DNA from: a virus
Taxonomy: Duplodnaviria > Heunggongvirae > Uroviricota > Caudoviricetes
Length of the DNA: 64,000 nt
Direction: 5' to 3' (one strand)
Virus record (IMG/VR): IMGVR_UViG_2645727636_000004
Location: 12,925 to 76,924 of that record
The position numbers and the translations under genes were made by a program. Numbering within the stretch: position 1 is the stretch's first letter; every line of letters begins with the position of its first letter. The notes below the pieces were generated by a model. The model worked only from the letters and a program-made list of their open reading frames with translations. It did not search any database and was not told the origin of the DNA. Positions 20,434 through 30,493 of the stretch are shown piece after piece.

Positions 20434-21861
20434 TTACTTATCTATTTTACCGTATTGTTCTAAGGAAGACCAATTAAACCCTTTAGCCGTCCTATTATTA
20501 TTTTTGCAAGCAATAGATATAGATGATGAGCTTTTCAATCCCATTGCATTACTTGCTTCATCTATAGATTGCCAAACTTTTATTAGATTAGAACCTTCTA
20601 ATTGGACAACTTTCTTTTTATTTAATATACCACTTGAACGAATACCTCTTTCGCCATTGGGAGTATATTCTACGATTCCCATTTTTGCACCTATTTTTAA
20701 ATATCTAATAACTGTACTACTTGAAACATTTAGTTTCTTACTTATTTCGGTATGAGTAAGTTCTGTTGTTTTATAAATCTCACATACTTCATTTACCATA
20801 GAATTGAATGATTTTTTATAAACGTTTTCCCAATTTATAATCTTGAGGTTGAAGAAATTTGTCATAGTACTATTAAATATTGATTTTTTAATATAATCAA
20901 AGTCATTAACTCTACAATCAATTTCAATATAATTTTTGATTTTGTTTTCAATTGCGACACTTCTTTTAAACTCATCATTAATCTGTTCTTCTTTTAGACT
21001 TCTTCCATTTTTATAAGGATTAACTGAGTGCTGTGCGCCGTGTGTTTCAATTATCATATTTAATGTGGGTAAGTAAAAGTCGTATCTTTTATTATTTGAC
21101 CAAGAAAAAGATTTTTGAGAATCGAAGTTTATATTTAATTGAGATAAAATTGCACTCATCATTTTTTCAGGTAGGCTAAAGCCATCGGAGCAATTAGTAC
21201 AAGGTAGTCCTTTTTTTACTATTACTCTAATTTCTTTATTCTTTATTTCTAATCCACAATTAGAACATATCCAATCTGTGCAAAATGTACTTCCATGATG
21301 ATGTTTATATCCTAATGACTCATCTTTTAGTAATACTGCTACATATGGATGAGTAGTCCATAAATCATTTTCATTAATTATAATTCTTTTGTTTGCACAT
21401 ATTGGACAATTAGAACCTTTATTTCTGTCTACAACTCTCATGTCCCATTCATGACCACAATTACCTAACCACCAGACTTTCTTATCATATCCACAAGTAA
21501 CGTCATGAGGTGATAAAGTGTTATTTTTATTTGGATGCCATTGCAACGCTAAATCAGGTCTTAATGATGCTAATGAGTTAGTTTCATTAACTTTAAATCC
21601 TCTGCAATAAATACACATTTTACTTCTTATTTTATTTGTTGGCATAGCAATATGTTTACTTTTACACTGTTTGCAAATAAAATTTAATTTCATTTTACTA
21701 CCTTTAGTTACTTTATAAATGTCTACGTCATTTTTCTCAAAATCCCACTCAATGAATAGGTGAGGGGAATGTTTTAGCATTGCATTGTCTTTTAAACTTG
21801 ATACTCTTTCCATATCTAATACTTCACCAGTTTGAATATTTACATATGTATCTTCACACAT
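20434..21861 (-). CDS. Free-standing zinc-ribbon/Vsr(DUF559)-like endonuclease with NUMOD1-like tail
   Basis: Repeated W.C..GHEW...R..CP.C; KRYDFYLP...IIETHGAQH; C-terminal KKVVQL...VWQSIDEAS...ISIACK..RTAKGFNW. Confidence 0.75.
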   Translation of the reverse strand: MCEDTYVNIQTGEVLDMERVSSLKDNAMLKHSPHLFIEWDFEKNDVDIYKVTKGSKMKLNFICKQCKSKHIAMPTNKIRSKMCIYCRGFKVNETNSLASLRPDLALQWHPNKNNTLSPHDVTCGYDKKVWWLGNCGHEWDMRVVDRNKGSNCPICANKRIIINENDLWTTHPYVAVLLKDESLGYKHHHGSTFCTDWICSNCGLEIKNKEIRVIVKKGLPCTNCSDGFSLPEKMMSAILSQLNINFDSQKSFSWSNNKRYDFYLPTLNMIIETHGAQHSVNPYKNGRSLKEEQINDEFKRSVAIENKIKNYIEIDCRVNDFDYIKKSIFNSTMTNFFNLKIINWENVYKKSFNSMVNEVCEIYKTTELTHTEISKKLNVSSSTVIRYLKIGAKMGIVEYTPNGERGIRSSGILNKKKVVQLEGSNLIKVWQSIDEASNAMGLKSSSSISIACKNNNRTAKGFNWSSLEQYGKIDK

Positions 21862-21908
21862 AATTAAATTACCTCCTACAGCAATTTATATTTTCCTAAT
21901 TATATTAA

Positions 21909-21984
21909 ATAGGGAAGTAAAGTTAGGATGCTTTACTTGTCAAGTAGGTTCATGACTTCCTTCTCTATCCCTATAGTTAAATAT
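21909..21984 (-). promoter_or_regulatory. Conserved leader element, copy A
   Basis: Between extended -10 (TGTTAATAT) and RBS of the endonuclease gene; matches copy B. Confidence 0.75.
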
Positions 21985-22038
21985 TAACATATGTAACAAC
22001 GGAAAACTACTATGAATTATGTATTTATTTCGTTAAAC

Positions 22039-22950
22039 TCAAGATAAATATTTTTTATATGTGTTTTCATTGAATTTATAAGTCTTACCACTTAATTCAA
22101 AATAAGCTTCTTTAAACTTTCCGTTCCTTGTTCCACGTTTATAATAATCTACATCAAGATAAAGTTCATTCTCTAAGAAATCGTTCATCATTTCTAAAGC
22201 TTTATCTGAATAATAAACTGCTGTACCAACATTACCGCCATGTACTGTTGTGCGAATAACATTTACATATTCATCTTTATAGCCAATTATTGTGTTATAG
22301 ATTCTTAAATGCTTTGCAATGGCGTCAATAAAATTGAAGTGAGGTTTACTCTTTAATGAATACAATCCAAAATGACGAGCGATATTATCGTTAGTTTTAT
22401 AACCTTCAGATACAGTCTCTTTATTAAACTCCGTTTCAAGTGTGAGGACTTTATCATTCACTTCTAACATTTTCTTTTCTTGTTCTACCATATTATTAAC
22501 TATACCTTGTAAAACTTGTAATTCAGTTGATGGTTGATTATTAATTGGTATGATGTTTCCATCACGTAATTCAAAATACTCATTTAATAATTCATCATAT
22601 AAATCCCAAGATTTATCATCATCAAATATTTTAACAAGTTTTGCATATCCTCTTTCAGATAATAGATAGATGTTTGTTGAGTTTGAAATAGATTGTTTTG
22701 TGAAGATGTTATGCTCAATAAGTGAGTCCATGAAAAGGACTGAGTTTTTTGCATCGATAATATCAATATTATCTTTAAAACGTTTACGATTATTGTTAAT
22801 TGCTTCATTTACTTTAGCTAAACGTTTACTGTGAATTTCAGCAATATGTTTCGCAAGTATTGATTTCTTATCTACTCCAAATCCTCCATGAATATTAGGA
22901 ATTTCAATCCTCATAACCTTTACTGTTTCTTTAATTGCTAAATTACTCAT
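22039..22950 (-). CDS. ORF6N-domain antirepressor-like DNA-binding protein
   Basis: ILAKHIAEIH...VNEAINNNRKRF...IYLLSERGYAKLVK; C-terminal domain shared with 24594..25637. Confidence 0.75.
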   Translation of the reverse strand: MSNLAIKETVKVMRIEIPNIHGGFGVDKKSILAKHIAEIHSKRLAKVNEAINNNRKRFKDNIDIIDAKNSVLFMDSLIEHNIFTKQSISNSTNIYLLSERGYAKLVKIFDDDKSWDLYDELLNEYFELRDGNIIPINNQPSTELQVLQGIVNNMVEQEKKMLEVNDKVLTLETEFNKETVSEGYKTNDNIARHFGLYSLKSKPHFNFIDAIAKHLRIYNTIIGYKDEYVNVIRTTVHGGNVGTAVYYSDKALEMMNDFLENELYLDVDYYKRGTRNGKFKEAYFELSGKTYKFNENTYKKYLS

Positions 22951-23110
22951 TAATTCTCTCCTTTGATATTTGTGTATTTTTATAGATAAATTTTATCTAC
23001 AGTTAAATGTTAACATTTACGAATATCAAATTCAAGTATATTTTATGTATTTTATTAAATAAAATATTACAACCTAATCATTTGAGAGTAGGTTGTAATA
23101 TATATAGTAG

Positions 23111-23620
23111 TTAATTTTCATTGAACAGTTGATACTTATCCATAATTTCAGTGACCATTAACATATCATTTTGAGCATTGATAGCATAGTCTTTTGCTAC
23201 AGAACTATCTAATTCTGACTTTGAATCATAAGATTTAATTTGATGTTCAGAGTACAATTTAGCATTGTATAAAAACGAAGAAAAATAATTATCTATTTCT
23301 TTTTCTGCATCATTTACAGGAGTATAGCTAACTCCATTTACATATACCAGAAACTTTCTATATAAATTCTTTTTCTCTTCAATGTCATTTCCAGATGCAT
23401 TTTTTAGGTTTTTATTAAATTCTCCTAGTTTAGTGTTTGCCTCTAACAGGATATTATAATATTCAAGTGAGATTTTTCTTTCCTGAACACCAACTGGATA
23501 ACTCGATAAATCTACTTTTGGTTCAGCGCTAGCACTTACTTTTTCATTATTTTCTTTTCCACAAGCAGATAATAGGAAAGAAAAGCATATCAATACCATC
23601 CACAATCTGTTAAATTTCAT
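23111..23620 (-). CDS. Lipoprotein (possible superinfection exclusion)
   Basis: Signal peptide with lipobox LSAC. Confidence 0.75.
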   Translation of the reverse strand: MKFNRLWMVLICFSFLLSACGKENNEKVSASAEPKVDLSSYPVGVQERKISLEYYNILLEANTKLGEFNKNLKNASGNDIEEKKNLYRKFLVYVNGVSYTPVNDAEKEIDNYFSSFLYNAKLYSEHQIKSYDSKSELDSSVAKDYAINAQNDMLMVTEIMDKYQLFNEN

Positions 23621-23713
23621 AATTACGCCTCCTGAAATACAAAAATATGTAATATAAGGATAGCATAATTATGAAATTTATGATATATGTTGCAATTTAT
23701 TCAGTTATTATAA

Positions 23714-23920
23714 TTAAATTTTTTCCCCTTTAGAAGTAATGAAATTTGCAGTATATTCCACATTTAACGCTTCCGCAATACCTAATAATTCCTTTTCGCT
23801 AAAATTATCTCTTTTAAATTTATTTGTAATATTTTGAGGAGTAGTATTTAACCTCTTAGCAAGTTCTTTAATTGACACATCCTCTTTCAGTAATAAAATT
23901 TTAATTTTTTCAGTCATCAT
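23714..23920 (-). CDS. XRE/Cro-type HTH regulator
   Basis: SIKELAKRLNTTPQNITNKFKR...ELLGIAEALN. Confidence 0.85.
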   Translation of the reverse strand: MMTEKIKILLLKEDVSIKELAKRLNTTPQNITNKFKRDNFSEKELLGIAEALNVEYTANFITSKGEKI

Positions 23921-24099
23921 AATAAAATACCTCTCTTTCTGTCTATATTATACACTAAAAAATTTAATAAATCATTAATTAGTTTAAGAATGTATTGATT
24001 AATAAACTATTGAGTGTATAATTGCATTATAAAGTTTTGTGAGGTATTCATTTAACAAAACTAAAATAATAAATTTCAAAAAAGAAGAGGAGAATAAAA

Positions 24100-24540
24100 A
24101 TGAACACATTAATCACATCGATCAAACTTATTGCAAAAGGTAATATTCCATCACAAGTTGAGCTAATGGGTAAGCCAATCTACGAGAATGGTAAAATTAA
24201 AACTTTCGAAATAATTTACCAAGACTATAACTATGACGAAGAAAATCATCTAGATTTCAGTATTGAAAATTTCAACATGACCATAGAATCTCTATCAGAA
24301 GCTACATACAAATTCACCAATTACTTCACATTCAATGTTATAGAGGAAGGGATAGTTGAATTTGATTTATGTGTGCTAGTTGAAGATGTACATGATGATC
24401 TACTTAATGACATTGATAACATATTTACACCTAGTAGCATCACAATTCAAAACTTTACATTCAAGGATGAGTGTTATTTCTTTAAATTGGACATGCAAGT
24501 TGTTGAAATTGTTGCAGCTAGAGTAGTTGATATTTATTAA
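24100..24540 (+). CDS. Acidic hypothetical protein divergent from the XRE gene
   Basis: RBS AAGGAG; TTGATT..TATAAT promoter-like region; ends at a hairpin near 24552-24576. Confidence 0.65.
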   Translation: MNTLITSIKLIAKGNIPSQVELMGKPIYENGKIKTFEIIYQDYNYDEENHLDFSIENFNMTIESLSEATYKFTNYFTFNVIEEGIVEFDLCVLVEDVHDDLLNDIDNIFTPSSITIQNFTFKDECYFFKLDMQVVEIVAARVVDIY

Positions 24541-24593
24541 TTTGAATAGGGAAGGTGAGATTAATTTTCTCACCTTTTTATGTATTTCGTATT

Positions 24594-25637
24594 TTAATTA
24601 TATAAATTATACGTAGTTTCATTCACCCAAATGTTACCTGTATCAAAAGCAATCTTAGCACGTTTAAATGTGCCTTTATCTTCATTATTTTTAGGTTTAT
24701 TGTACTCTACTGCAAAAACTAATCCTTCTTCATAAATATAATTTTCAATTTCTTTAATTGCTAATTCACTATACTTTACAGTAGAGACATCTCGACCTCC
24801 ACGCTGAACAAGATTGATAGTAATATAATCGTCCATATGACCTGCATTTCCTTCAGGATTTATATAGAAGCCTAATTTCTTAGCCATATTAATTGTGAAT
24901 CCTGAATGCGGTTTATTACTTGTAGAGGAGAAGATGTTTAACTTTTTAGCTACAGCCTCAGCAGTACAATCACCTTCACGAATAATTGCTGTACGATTTA
25001 CTTTATGTTCAAGTGTTTCAACTTTAGTTTGAACTTCTTCTATTTGTTTAGATTGTAGATATTGATGCAATTCATTCTTTAAATTATTCAGCTGAATAGC
25101 TGTTAAAGTGTCTGTTGGAGCTATTTCAAAAAGACTTTGACACTTCCAGATTCTTAGACGTAACTGTTTTTCTGTTTCATCTTCAATTTTAGCAATTTCA
25201 TTCTCAACAATATCAAATTTGCCATCTGAGTTTAATTTAGGGTTAACTTCACGACGCATAAACTTTTTAAACTTATTAGCATTTCCAGAGTTAGAAGCAT
25301 ACATAGTACCAAAGATGCCTTCTTCTAAAACGATATCTAAACGAGGAACTGATTTATATTGTTCGTATAAGGTCTTTACTGTTTCAGTAACGACCAGACT
25401 GAGGTCTTTACTTTCTTTTAATACTTGTTTAAACAATTTTAAATCTTCGCCTGTTAATGTTTTGAATTCAAAGCCATCCTCGAACTCTTCACGATCTTTA
25501 ATATCAAACCATGCTTTAGAGGGGACAGTATAACCTTCAAAAGCTGTTAGTTCTGGAGCAATAGTTGCTACCTTGCCATCCAGTTCAAATAAATATAAAT
25601 CTTTGTTTCCTTCTGTAAAGTTTGTAATGTTACTCAT
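24594..25637 (-). CDS. Antirepressor-like protein (paralogous C-terminal domain to 22039..22950)
   Basis: AEAVAKKLNIFS.TSNKPH...KYSELAIKEIENYI...KGTFKRA...NETTY aligns with the ORF6N protein C-terminus. Confidence 0.6.
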   Translation of the reverse strand: MSNITNFTEGNKDLYLFELDGKVATIAPELTAFEGYTVPSKAWFDIKDREEFEDGFEFKTLTGEDLKLFKQVLKESKDLSLVVTETVKTLYEQYKSVPRLDIVLEEGIFGTMYASNSGNANKFKKFMRREVNPKLNSDGKFDIVENEIAKIEDETEKQLRLRIWKCQSLFEIAPTDTLTAIQLNNLKNELHQYLQSKQIEEVQTKVETLEHKVNRTAIIREGDCTAEAVAKKLNIFSSTSNKPHSGFTINMAKKLGFYINPEGNAGHMDDYITINLVQRGGRDVSTVKYSELAIKEIENYIYEEGLVFAVEYNKPKNNEDKGTFKRAKIAFDTGNIWVNETTYNLYN

Positions 25638-25711
25638 AAATATTTACTCTCCTTTAAATTATGTATTTTATTAATTAGTAGATGTGAAGTAAAATTCTTA
25701 TCTACAATTTA

Positions 25712-25740
25712 ATACTAACAGGAGAATGAAAATAATTCAA
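25712..25740 (-). promoter_or_regulatory. sigA-type promoter flanked by AAATACATAA motifs
   Basis: TTGAAT-17-TAGTAT with TG extension; motif copies at 25748 and 25659. Confidence 0.65.
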
Positions 25741-25826
25741 GTTTAATTTATGTATTTTGTTATTTAATTTGTGATAATAAAAGACCCCTCCTCATTTAAT
25801 CAAGGTAGGGGAAGTGAAATGTAAAA

Positions 25827-26078
25827 TTACTTAACCTTAATCATTGTCCGATAATTAGAACTTTCTTCATCGTCATCAGAGTCGCCTGCTGATTTCAGTA
25901 TATTTTCCATTTCCTTGAAATGTCTACGTGCTATACCTAGACTTCTATAGTCCTTTAAAATCCGTTCAATTTCAATAAACTCCTTAACCGATTTTGAATT
26001 TTGTAGTTTGGCTTCGTAGCTTAAAACTTCATTTTTTTCGCTTTCTGTCAGATAGTCAAATGGACGGAATTTGCTCAT
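25827..26078 (-). CDS. Small hypothetical protein
   Basis: Likely start MSKFRPFDY at 26078 after AGGAGGGG RBS (ORF-track start 26147 is upstream). Confidence 0.6.
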   Translation of the reverse strand: MSKFRPFDYLTESEKNEVLSYEAKLQNSKSVKEFIEIERILKDYRSLGIARRHFKEMENILKSAGDSDDDEESSNYRTMIKVK

Positions 26079-26124
26079 CAGAACACCCCTCCTAAAATAT
26101 ATGCTGTAAGTAAATATTATGTGT

Positions 26125-26751
26125 TCAACTTTTATTTTTATCCTCATAACGTTTCATCATTTCGAGCATGTTACTATAGATTACTTCTGCTTTTTCATTT
26201 GGTGATTCTCCTTTAGAAGATAATGAATCGACTTCTTCTGTAGATAAAACCTTGCTATCGGATTTTAAATCCTCCATAATGGAATCCTCACGATGAGAAT
26301 CAACTAAAGCATTTCTTTTTAGATACGAAAATCCACTCAATCCTGCAATAAGACCTAAGATCATTACTTGAGATACTGTGCCACTTGGATTTAAAAGATT
26401 GACCGCTGTAATTCCGGCTACAGAACCAACAAATGAGAACTTCTTCTTAATATGCTTGATATCTTGACGATACCCACCTTTTACACCATCGATGATTATG
26501 TAGCAGTATCCGCCTAAAGCTCCGAATAATGACGGAATCAAAAATTGATTCATCATGTTAAAACCTTTGAAATAAGTTAAGAAAGAATTGAATTCATCAA
26601 TAAAAAATACCTTAATTACAACTATTGCTGCGATAAATATTATAATGAATTTAGTTTCTCCGCAATATAAGAAATCAAAGAAACCGTTTTTAGATTGCTC
26701 AGTGCTGTCGTCGTCCTTATTTTTATTATTATCAGAAGATGGAGAAGTCAT
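26125..26751 (-). CDS. Multi-pass membrane protein (DUF4257-like)
   Basis: Four hydrophobic segments incl. LFGALGG and GLIAGLSG; likely start MTSPSS after AAGGAG. Confidence 0.55.
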   Translation of the reverse strand: MTSPSSDNNKNKDDDSTEQSKNGFFDFLYCGETKFIIIFIAAIVVIKVFFIDEFNSFLTYFKGFNMMNQFLIPSLFGALGGYCYIIIDGVKGGYRQDIKHIKKKFSFVGSVAGITAVNLLNPSGTVSQVMILGLIAGLSGFSYLKRNALVDSHREDSIMEDLKSDSKVLSTEEVDSLSSKGESPNEKAEVIYSNMLEMMKRYEDKNKS

Positions 26752-26957
26752 ACGTATAAAGCTCCTTGCTATGTTTATGAAGATATATGTAGCAGTTTCT
26801 TTATACGTATTATATAACATTAATGTCATTTTGAAAATGCATTTGCAAAACCACTACCTTAGTAATGATTATTGTATATATTTAATAAAATTCTGATATT
26901 ATCTAAATAACTCAAGTATTCCCCTAAAAAGAGTAGGGGAGTAATTCAATCATTTAG

Positions 26958-28019
26958 TTACGTATTCAGACTGCCAAAGATATTATTCTTCTCTTCAGCG
27001 TGGTCACGTAAATCATAATGAGCAATCGTTGTAGCCACATTTTCGTGATGCGCTACGAATTTACTTACTAATTCTAACGGAACTCCTTGCTCTAATAAGT
27101 AAGTTACTGCACTAGCTTTAAACAAGTGAGGATTTATTCGTCTTTCAAGGATATGAGAAAGAACACTGGAGCATAAATAGTTAGCCCATCCTTCTTCTAC
27201 AACTTTAATCTCATCTCCATATTTTTTAGTGAAGATATACTCGTGGTCATATCCACGTTTTTCTAACCAAAGTTTTATGTATTTTAATGCTTCAAAGTTG
27301 ACCATATAAGGTTCAATTTTACCGTCTTCACCACGACCTTTTAAACGTACATTATGACTCATGATATATGTAGCATTTTCATCGATTTCATAAGTTGCTA
27401 TTTCAGACTTAAATTGAATAATTTCATTACGTCTAGCACCAGTGTTAAATGCTGTAGCTAACCAAGCCATTCCTAAATAATTCTCATCATCTTCTAAGAC
27501 TTTCATCATTTCAAGATATTCATCTTTTGTAATTTTAATCTTTTCATATACTGAACTTTTTGGAATAGCAGGTAATCCACGAGTAAAGTTTCTGAAATTT
27601 TTATATGGATTTTCTTCATCATCGTCAAAATCATCCATTACTACATTTTCTATATAGTTACATAAACTAGAAATAACTGCTTTACGAGTACCAATTGCGG
27701 AAGGAGACATTCTACGGTCATCTCGTAAATAAGACAAGTATCTAATGATATCTCTTTTCTTAATCTTATAAATAGGTTTGTTATTTAAGGAGGAACAAAT
27801 AAACCACCCGAATTGACGCAACATTGATAAATACTGTTTTTTAGTTTGAGGTGAGTGTGATTGAGATGCTATGTATTCGGAAACTAAATCTCTAAATTCT
27901 TTATTGACTTCATTCCACATTTCATCAGTTACTTCTGGTAATTTCTTTGCTCTGTCACGTAGCATATTCTTATTAATTTCAATTTCTTTACTGTTATCCT
28001 TTTCTGACAATATTACCAT
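26958..28019 (-). CDS. Tyrosine recombinase (YomM-like)
   Basis: TGARRNE (R), NPHLFKAS (HxxK), VAHHE, TTIAHYD (Y); syntenic with SPbeta yomM. Confidence 0.85.
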   Translation of the reverse strand: MVILSEKDNSKEIEINKNMLRDRAKKLPEVTDEMWNEVNKEFRDLVSEYIASQSHSPQTKKQYLSMLRQFGWFICSSLNNKPIYKIKKRDIIRYLSYLRDDRRMSPSAIGTRKAVISSLCNYIENVVMDDFDDDEENPYKNFRNFTRGLPAIPKSSVYEKIKITKDEYLEMMKVLEDDENYLGMAWLATAFNTGARRNEIIQFKSEIATYEIDENATYIMSHNVRLKGRGEDGKIEPYMVNFEALKYIKLWLEKRGYDHEYIFTKKYGDEIKVVEEGWANYLCSSVLSHILERRINPHLFKASAVTYLLEQGVPLELVSKFVAHHENVATTIAHYDLRDHAEEKNNIFGSLNT

Positions 28020-28138
28020 TCTCCTTTCATAATAATAAAAAAGACTTGAAGCTCATTTCACTTCAAATCCAAGTTTTCTATATGCATTTTTTATTGCGTT
28101 AATAAGGGGTACAGGATTAGCTTGTATTCTTTCAATTG

Positions 28139-29326
28139 TTATCTTTGTTTTATTTTAAAGCTACATTTACCAAGAGAATAACCTAACTCGAGATATCTTC
28201 TGATTGTAGTATCATGTAGTTTTAGTTCTTCAGATATTTCATTTATTGATTTTCCAGAATTCCACATTTCCCATGCTCTACTAGTGAATCCTTTTTTTAT
28301 CTCAAATGATATCTCATTAAATACATCTGCTTCAAAATTAAAAAACTTTACGATGTCAGTACTCAATATTGAATTCTTTATGTATTCAAAATTACTTTTT
28401 TTAGCATCCACTTCTATATAAGTCATTGTCCCGTTTTCTTTTGCTAATTGTTTTTTATATTTATCATTCTCTTGCTCTTCAAGTAAAGTCTTGCCTCCAA
28501 TACGCTCAAATGATTCTTTATAATGTTGTAATCCGTGTACTTCAATTATCATTTTATGAGAAGGAATATAAAAATCATAACGTTTTCCTTGTGACCAGTA
28601 CTTTGCACTATCATAATCGAAATCTATATTTAATTCTTTTAACAAACAATACATTATTTTTTCACCTAAACTAACTCCGTCTGAACATACTGGACAATAT
28701 AACCCTTGCCATTTAACATCAGATATTTTCTTTGAAATAGTAGTCTCGCAATCTGGACATCTCCATATCACTTTCTTTCCACTAGTTTGCTTATACTTAT
28801 ATCCATCTTCAGGGTTTTCTAATAACTTAGCTAAATCTAGATTAGTAGTCCACATATCATTAACACCTTTTAAAATTAGGTTAGTTCCACCATTACAATA
28901 AGGACAACCATCACCTCTAGTCCTACGATCAATCGAAGCTACCCATTCATGTCCAAAATCACATTTCCATCGAACCTTATACTTACTTCCGCAAGTAACA
29001 TCGTTTGGAGTTAAGTTTATACCTATAGACTCAATCCATTCAGACGCAATAGTTGGTCTTAATGAAACTAAAGAGTTCGTATCGTTAACTCTTCTTCCAC
29101 TACAATAAGGACATTTTTGACCTTTCCTTCTTTGATTTACTGTTGCATCATAACTACTTTTACATTTAGGACAAATCCACCACGCTACTTTTCCACTACT
29201 TTTAGTTGTATCGTATACATTCAATTCTGAAACATTATTCTTTTCAAAATCCCATTCAACCCATAAATATGTATTTATTTTTAACATTGCATTATCTTTT
29301 AAATTTTTAACTCTTTCCAAATCCAA
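28139..29326 (-). CDS. Second zinc-ribbon/Vsr(DUF559)-like endonuclease
   Basis: Three W.C..C/H...R..CP.C repeats; KRYDFYIP...IIEVHGLQHY; C-terminal HTH; paralog of 20434..21861. Confidence 0.75.
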   Translation of the reverse strand: MDLERVKNLKDNAMLKINTYLWVEWDFEKNNVSELNVYDTTKSSGKVAWWICPKCKSSYDATVNQRRKGQKCPYCSGRRVNDTNSLVSLRPTIASEWIESIGINLTPNDVTCGSKYKVRWKCDFGHEWVASIDRRTRGDGCPYCNGGTNLILKGVNDMWTTNLDLAKLLENPEDGYKYKQTSGKKVIWRCPDCETTISKKISDVKWQGLYCPVCSDGVSLGEKIMYCLLKELNIDFDYDSAKYWSQGKRYDFYIPSHKMIIEVHGLQHYKESFERIGGKTLLEEQENDKYKKQLAKENGTMTYIEVDAKKSNFEYIKNSILSTDIVKFFNFEADVFNEISFEIKKGFTSRAWEMWNSGKSINEISEELKLHDTTIRRYLELGYSLGKCSFKIKQR

Positions 29327-29405
29327 CTCTTCATTAGTTTGTATATTTATGTATTTGTTTTCGCAAATTTCTATCCAACCCCTTATTTCGTATTAACTTT
29401 GTATA

Positions 29406-29906
29406 TTACTTAACTGTAAATCCTACTTTCCTATAAGCCGATTTAATTGCATCAGTTAAGTGACTAGGGTTATCCATGATAGACTCAATTGTTTTTTTTA
29501 CAAAATCTCTACTCTCACTCCACTTACCAGTACGATACCAATTTTCATCTAAGCCATCGACAATAGTGTCAGTAATAAATTGCCCTCTTAATGAATCATA
29601 ATCATGTTCATAGATAGGGGAGAAGTGTCCTTGTCCTAAAGTTAAGTTTTCGAATAGTACTCGAACTTTTCCATTGTCGATTTCAACCTTAGTAATCTTC
29701 ATGTTACGAACATCAGATAAACCACCATCATTACCTCTACGTAAATATTCAACAGGTACATATTGACGATAAACTACATCTTGTACAGCTTTAGACATTA
29801 CACTTGCTAATACTTTTTCAATATTTTTATCTTTAAATACTGTGCTGATAATATCTCCACGTGTTAAATAACGTTGTAGTTGATTTAAATCTTTAAATTG
29901 AACCAT
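29406..29906 (-). CDS. Tail-region protein (YomN-like)
   Basis: Synteny; YLRRG..GGLSD motif. Confidence 0.55.
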   Translation of the reverse strand: MVQFKDLNQLQRYLTRGDIISTVFKDKNIEKVLASVMSKAVQDVVYRQYVPVEYLRRGNDGGLSDVRNMKITKVEIDNGKVRVLFENLTLGQGHFSPIYEHDYDSLRGQFITDTIVDGLDENWYRTGKWSESRDFVKKTIESIMDNPSHLTDAIKSAYRKVGFTVK

Positions 29907-29908
29907 AA

Positions 29909-30412
29909 TTATTTACCTTTACCTTTAGCTTTAAGCATTTCTGACTCAATCTTATCTTTAAACTCTTCAAGTGCTGATTTTTCAATCTTAATTAATTCAG
30001 TCATCATATCTGCTTTTTCATAGAATCTATCAACGACTATAAAAATCTGTTCTTTATCAAATAGCTTATCTAAAATAAACGTAAGCCATCCACGTTTATA
30101 CATTTCCCACATCGTTGCTGTATGCATTTCAAGAGATTGATTTTTTAATTCACCGTATAAAGAAGTGAAGTGTTTTACTATTAAAAATTGAAGGAATTCA
30201 ATTACTTGAGCATCGTCTTTCAGATAGTCGATATTTTTAGTTTTTGCTTCCTTAATAAAGCTAGATAAATCCTCAAATAGATTATCCATTTTTGAATAAG
30301 AAAATAAGACATCATAATCAATATGAGTTTCTTTTGTGAAATTATGTCGTTTTGTTTCATTTAATAACTGTACCTGATTTTTAATATCAGCCAACTTCAA
30401 TGGTTTAGACAT
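29909..30412 (-). CDS. Putative tail assembly chaperone (YomO-like)
   Basis: Follows tail tube gene; helical 167 aa. Confidence 0.5.
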   Translation of the reverse strand: MSKPLKLADIKNQVQLLNETKRHNFTKETHIDYDVLFSYSKMDNLFEDLSSFIKEAKTKNIDYLKDDAQVIEFLQFLIVKHFTSLYGELKNQSLEMHTATMWEMYKRGWLTFILDKLFDKEQIFIVVDRFYEKADMMTELIKIEKSALEEFKDKIESEMLKAKGKGK

Positions 30413-30442
30413 ATTTATATTCTCCTTTTCTCCTCAAATAAT

Positions 30443-30473
30443 AAAAAAGAGAGTAGGGGATTTAGCCCTACTC
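30443..30473 (-). terminator. Terminator after tail tube gene
   Basis: GAGTAGGG/CCCTACTC stem plus U-tract. Confidence 0.7.
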
Positions 30474-30493
30474 ATTATTATGTATTTATTTAA

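Noticed and set aside
29406-30412. Programmed G/GT-type frameshift in tail chaperones
   Set aside because: No slippery heptamer near the first stop; the second ORF has its own ATG 2 nt later
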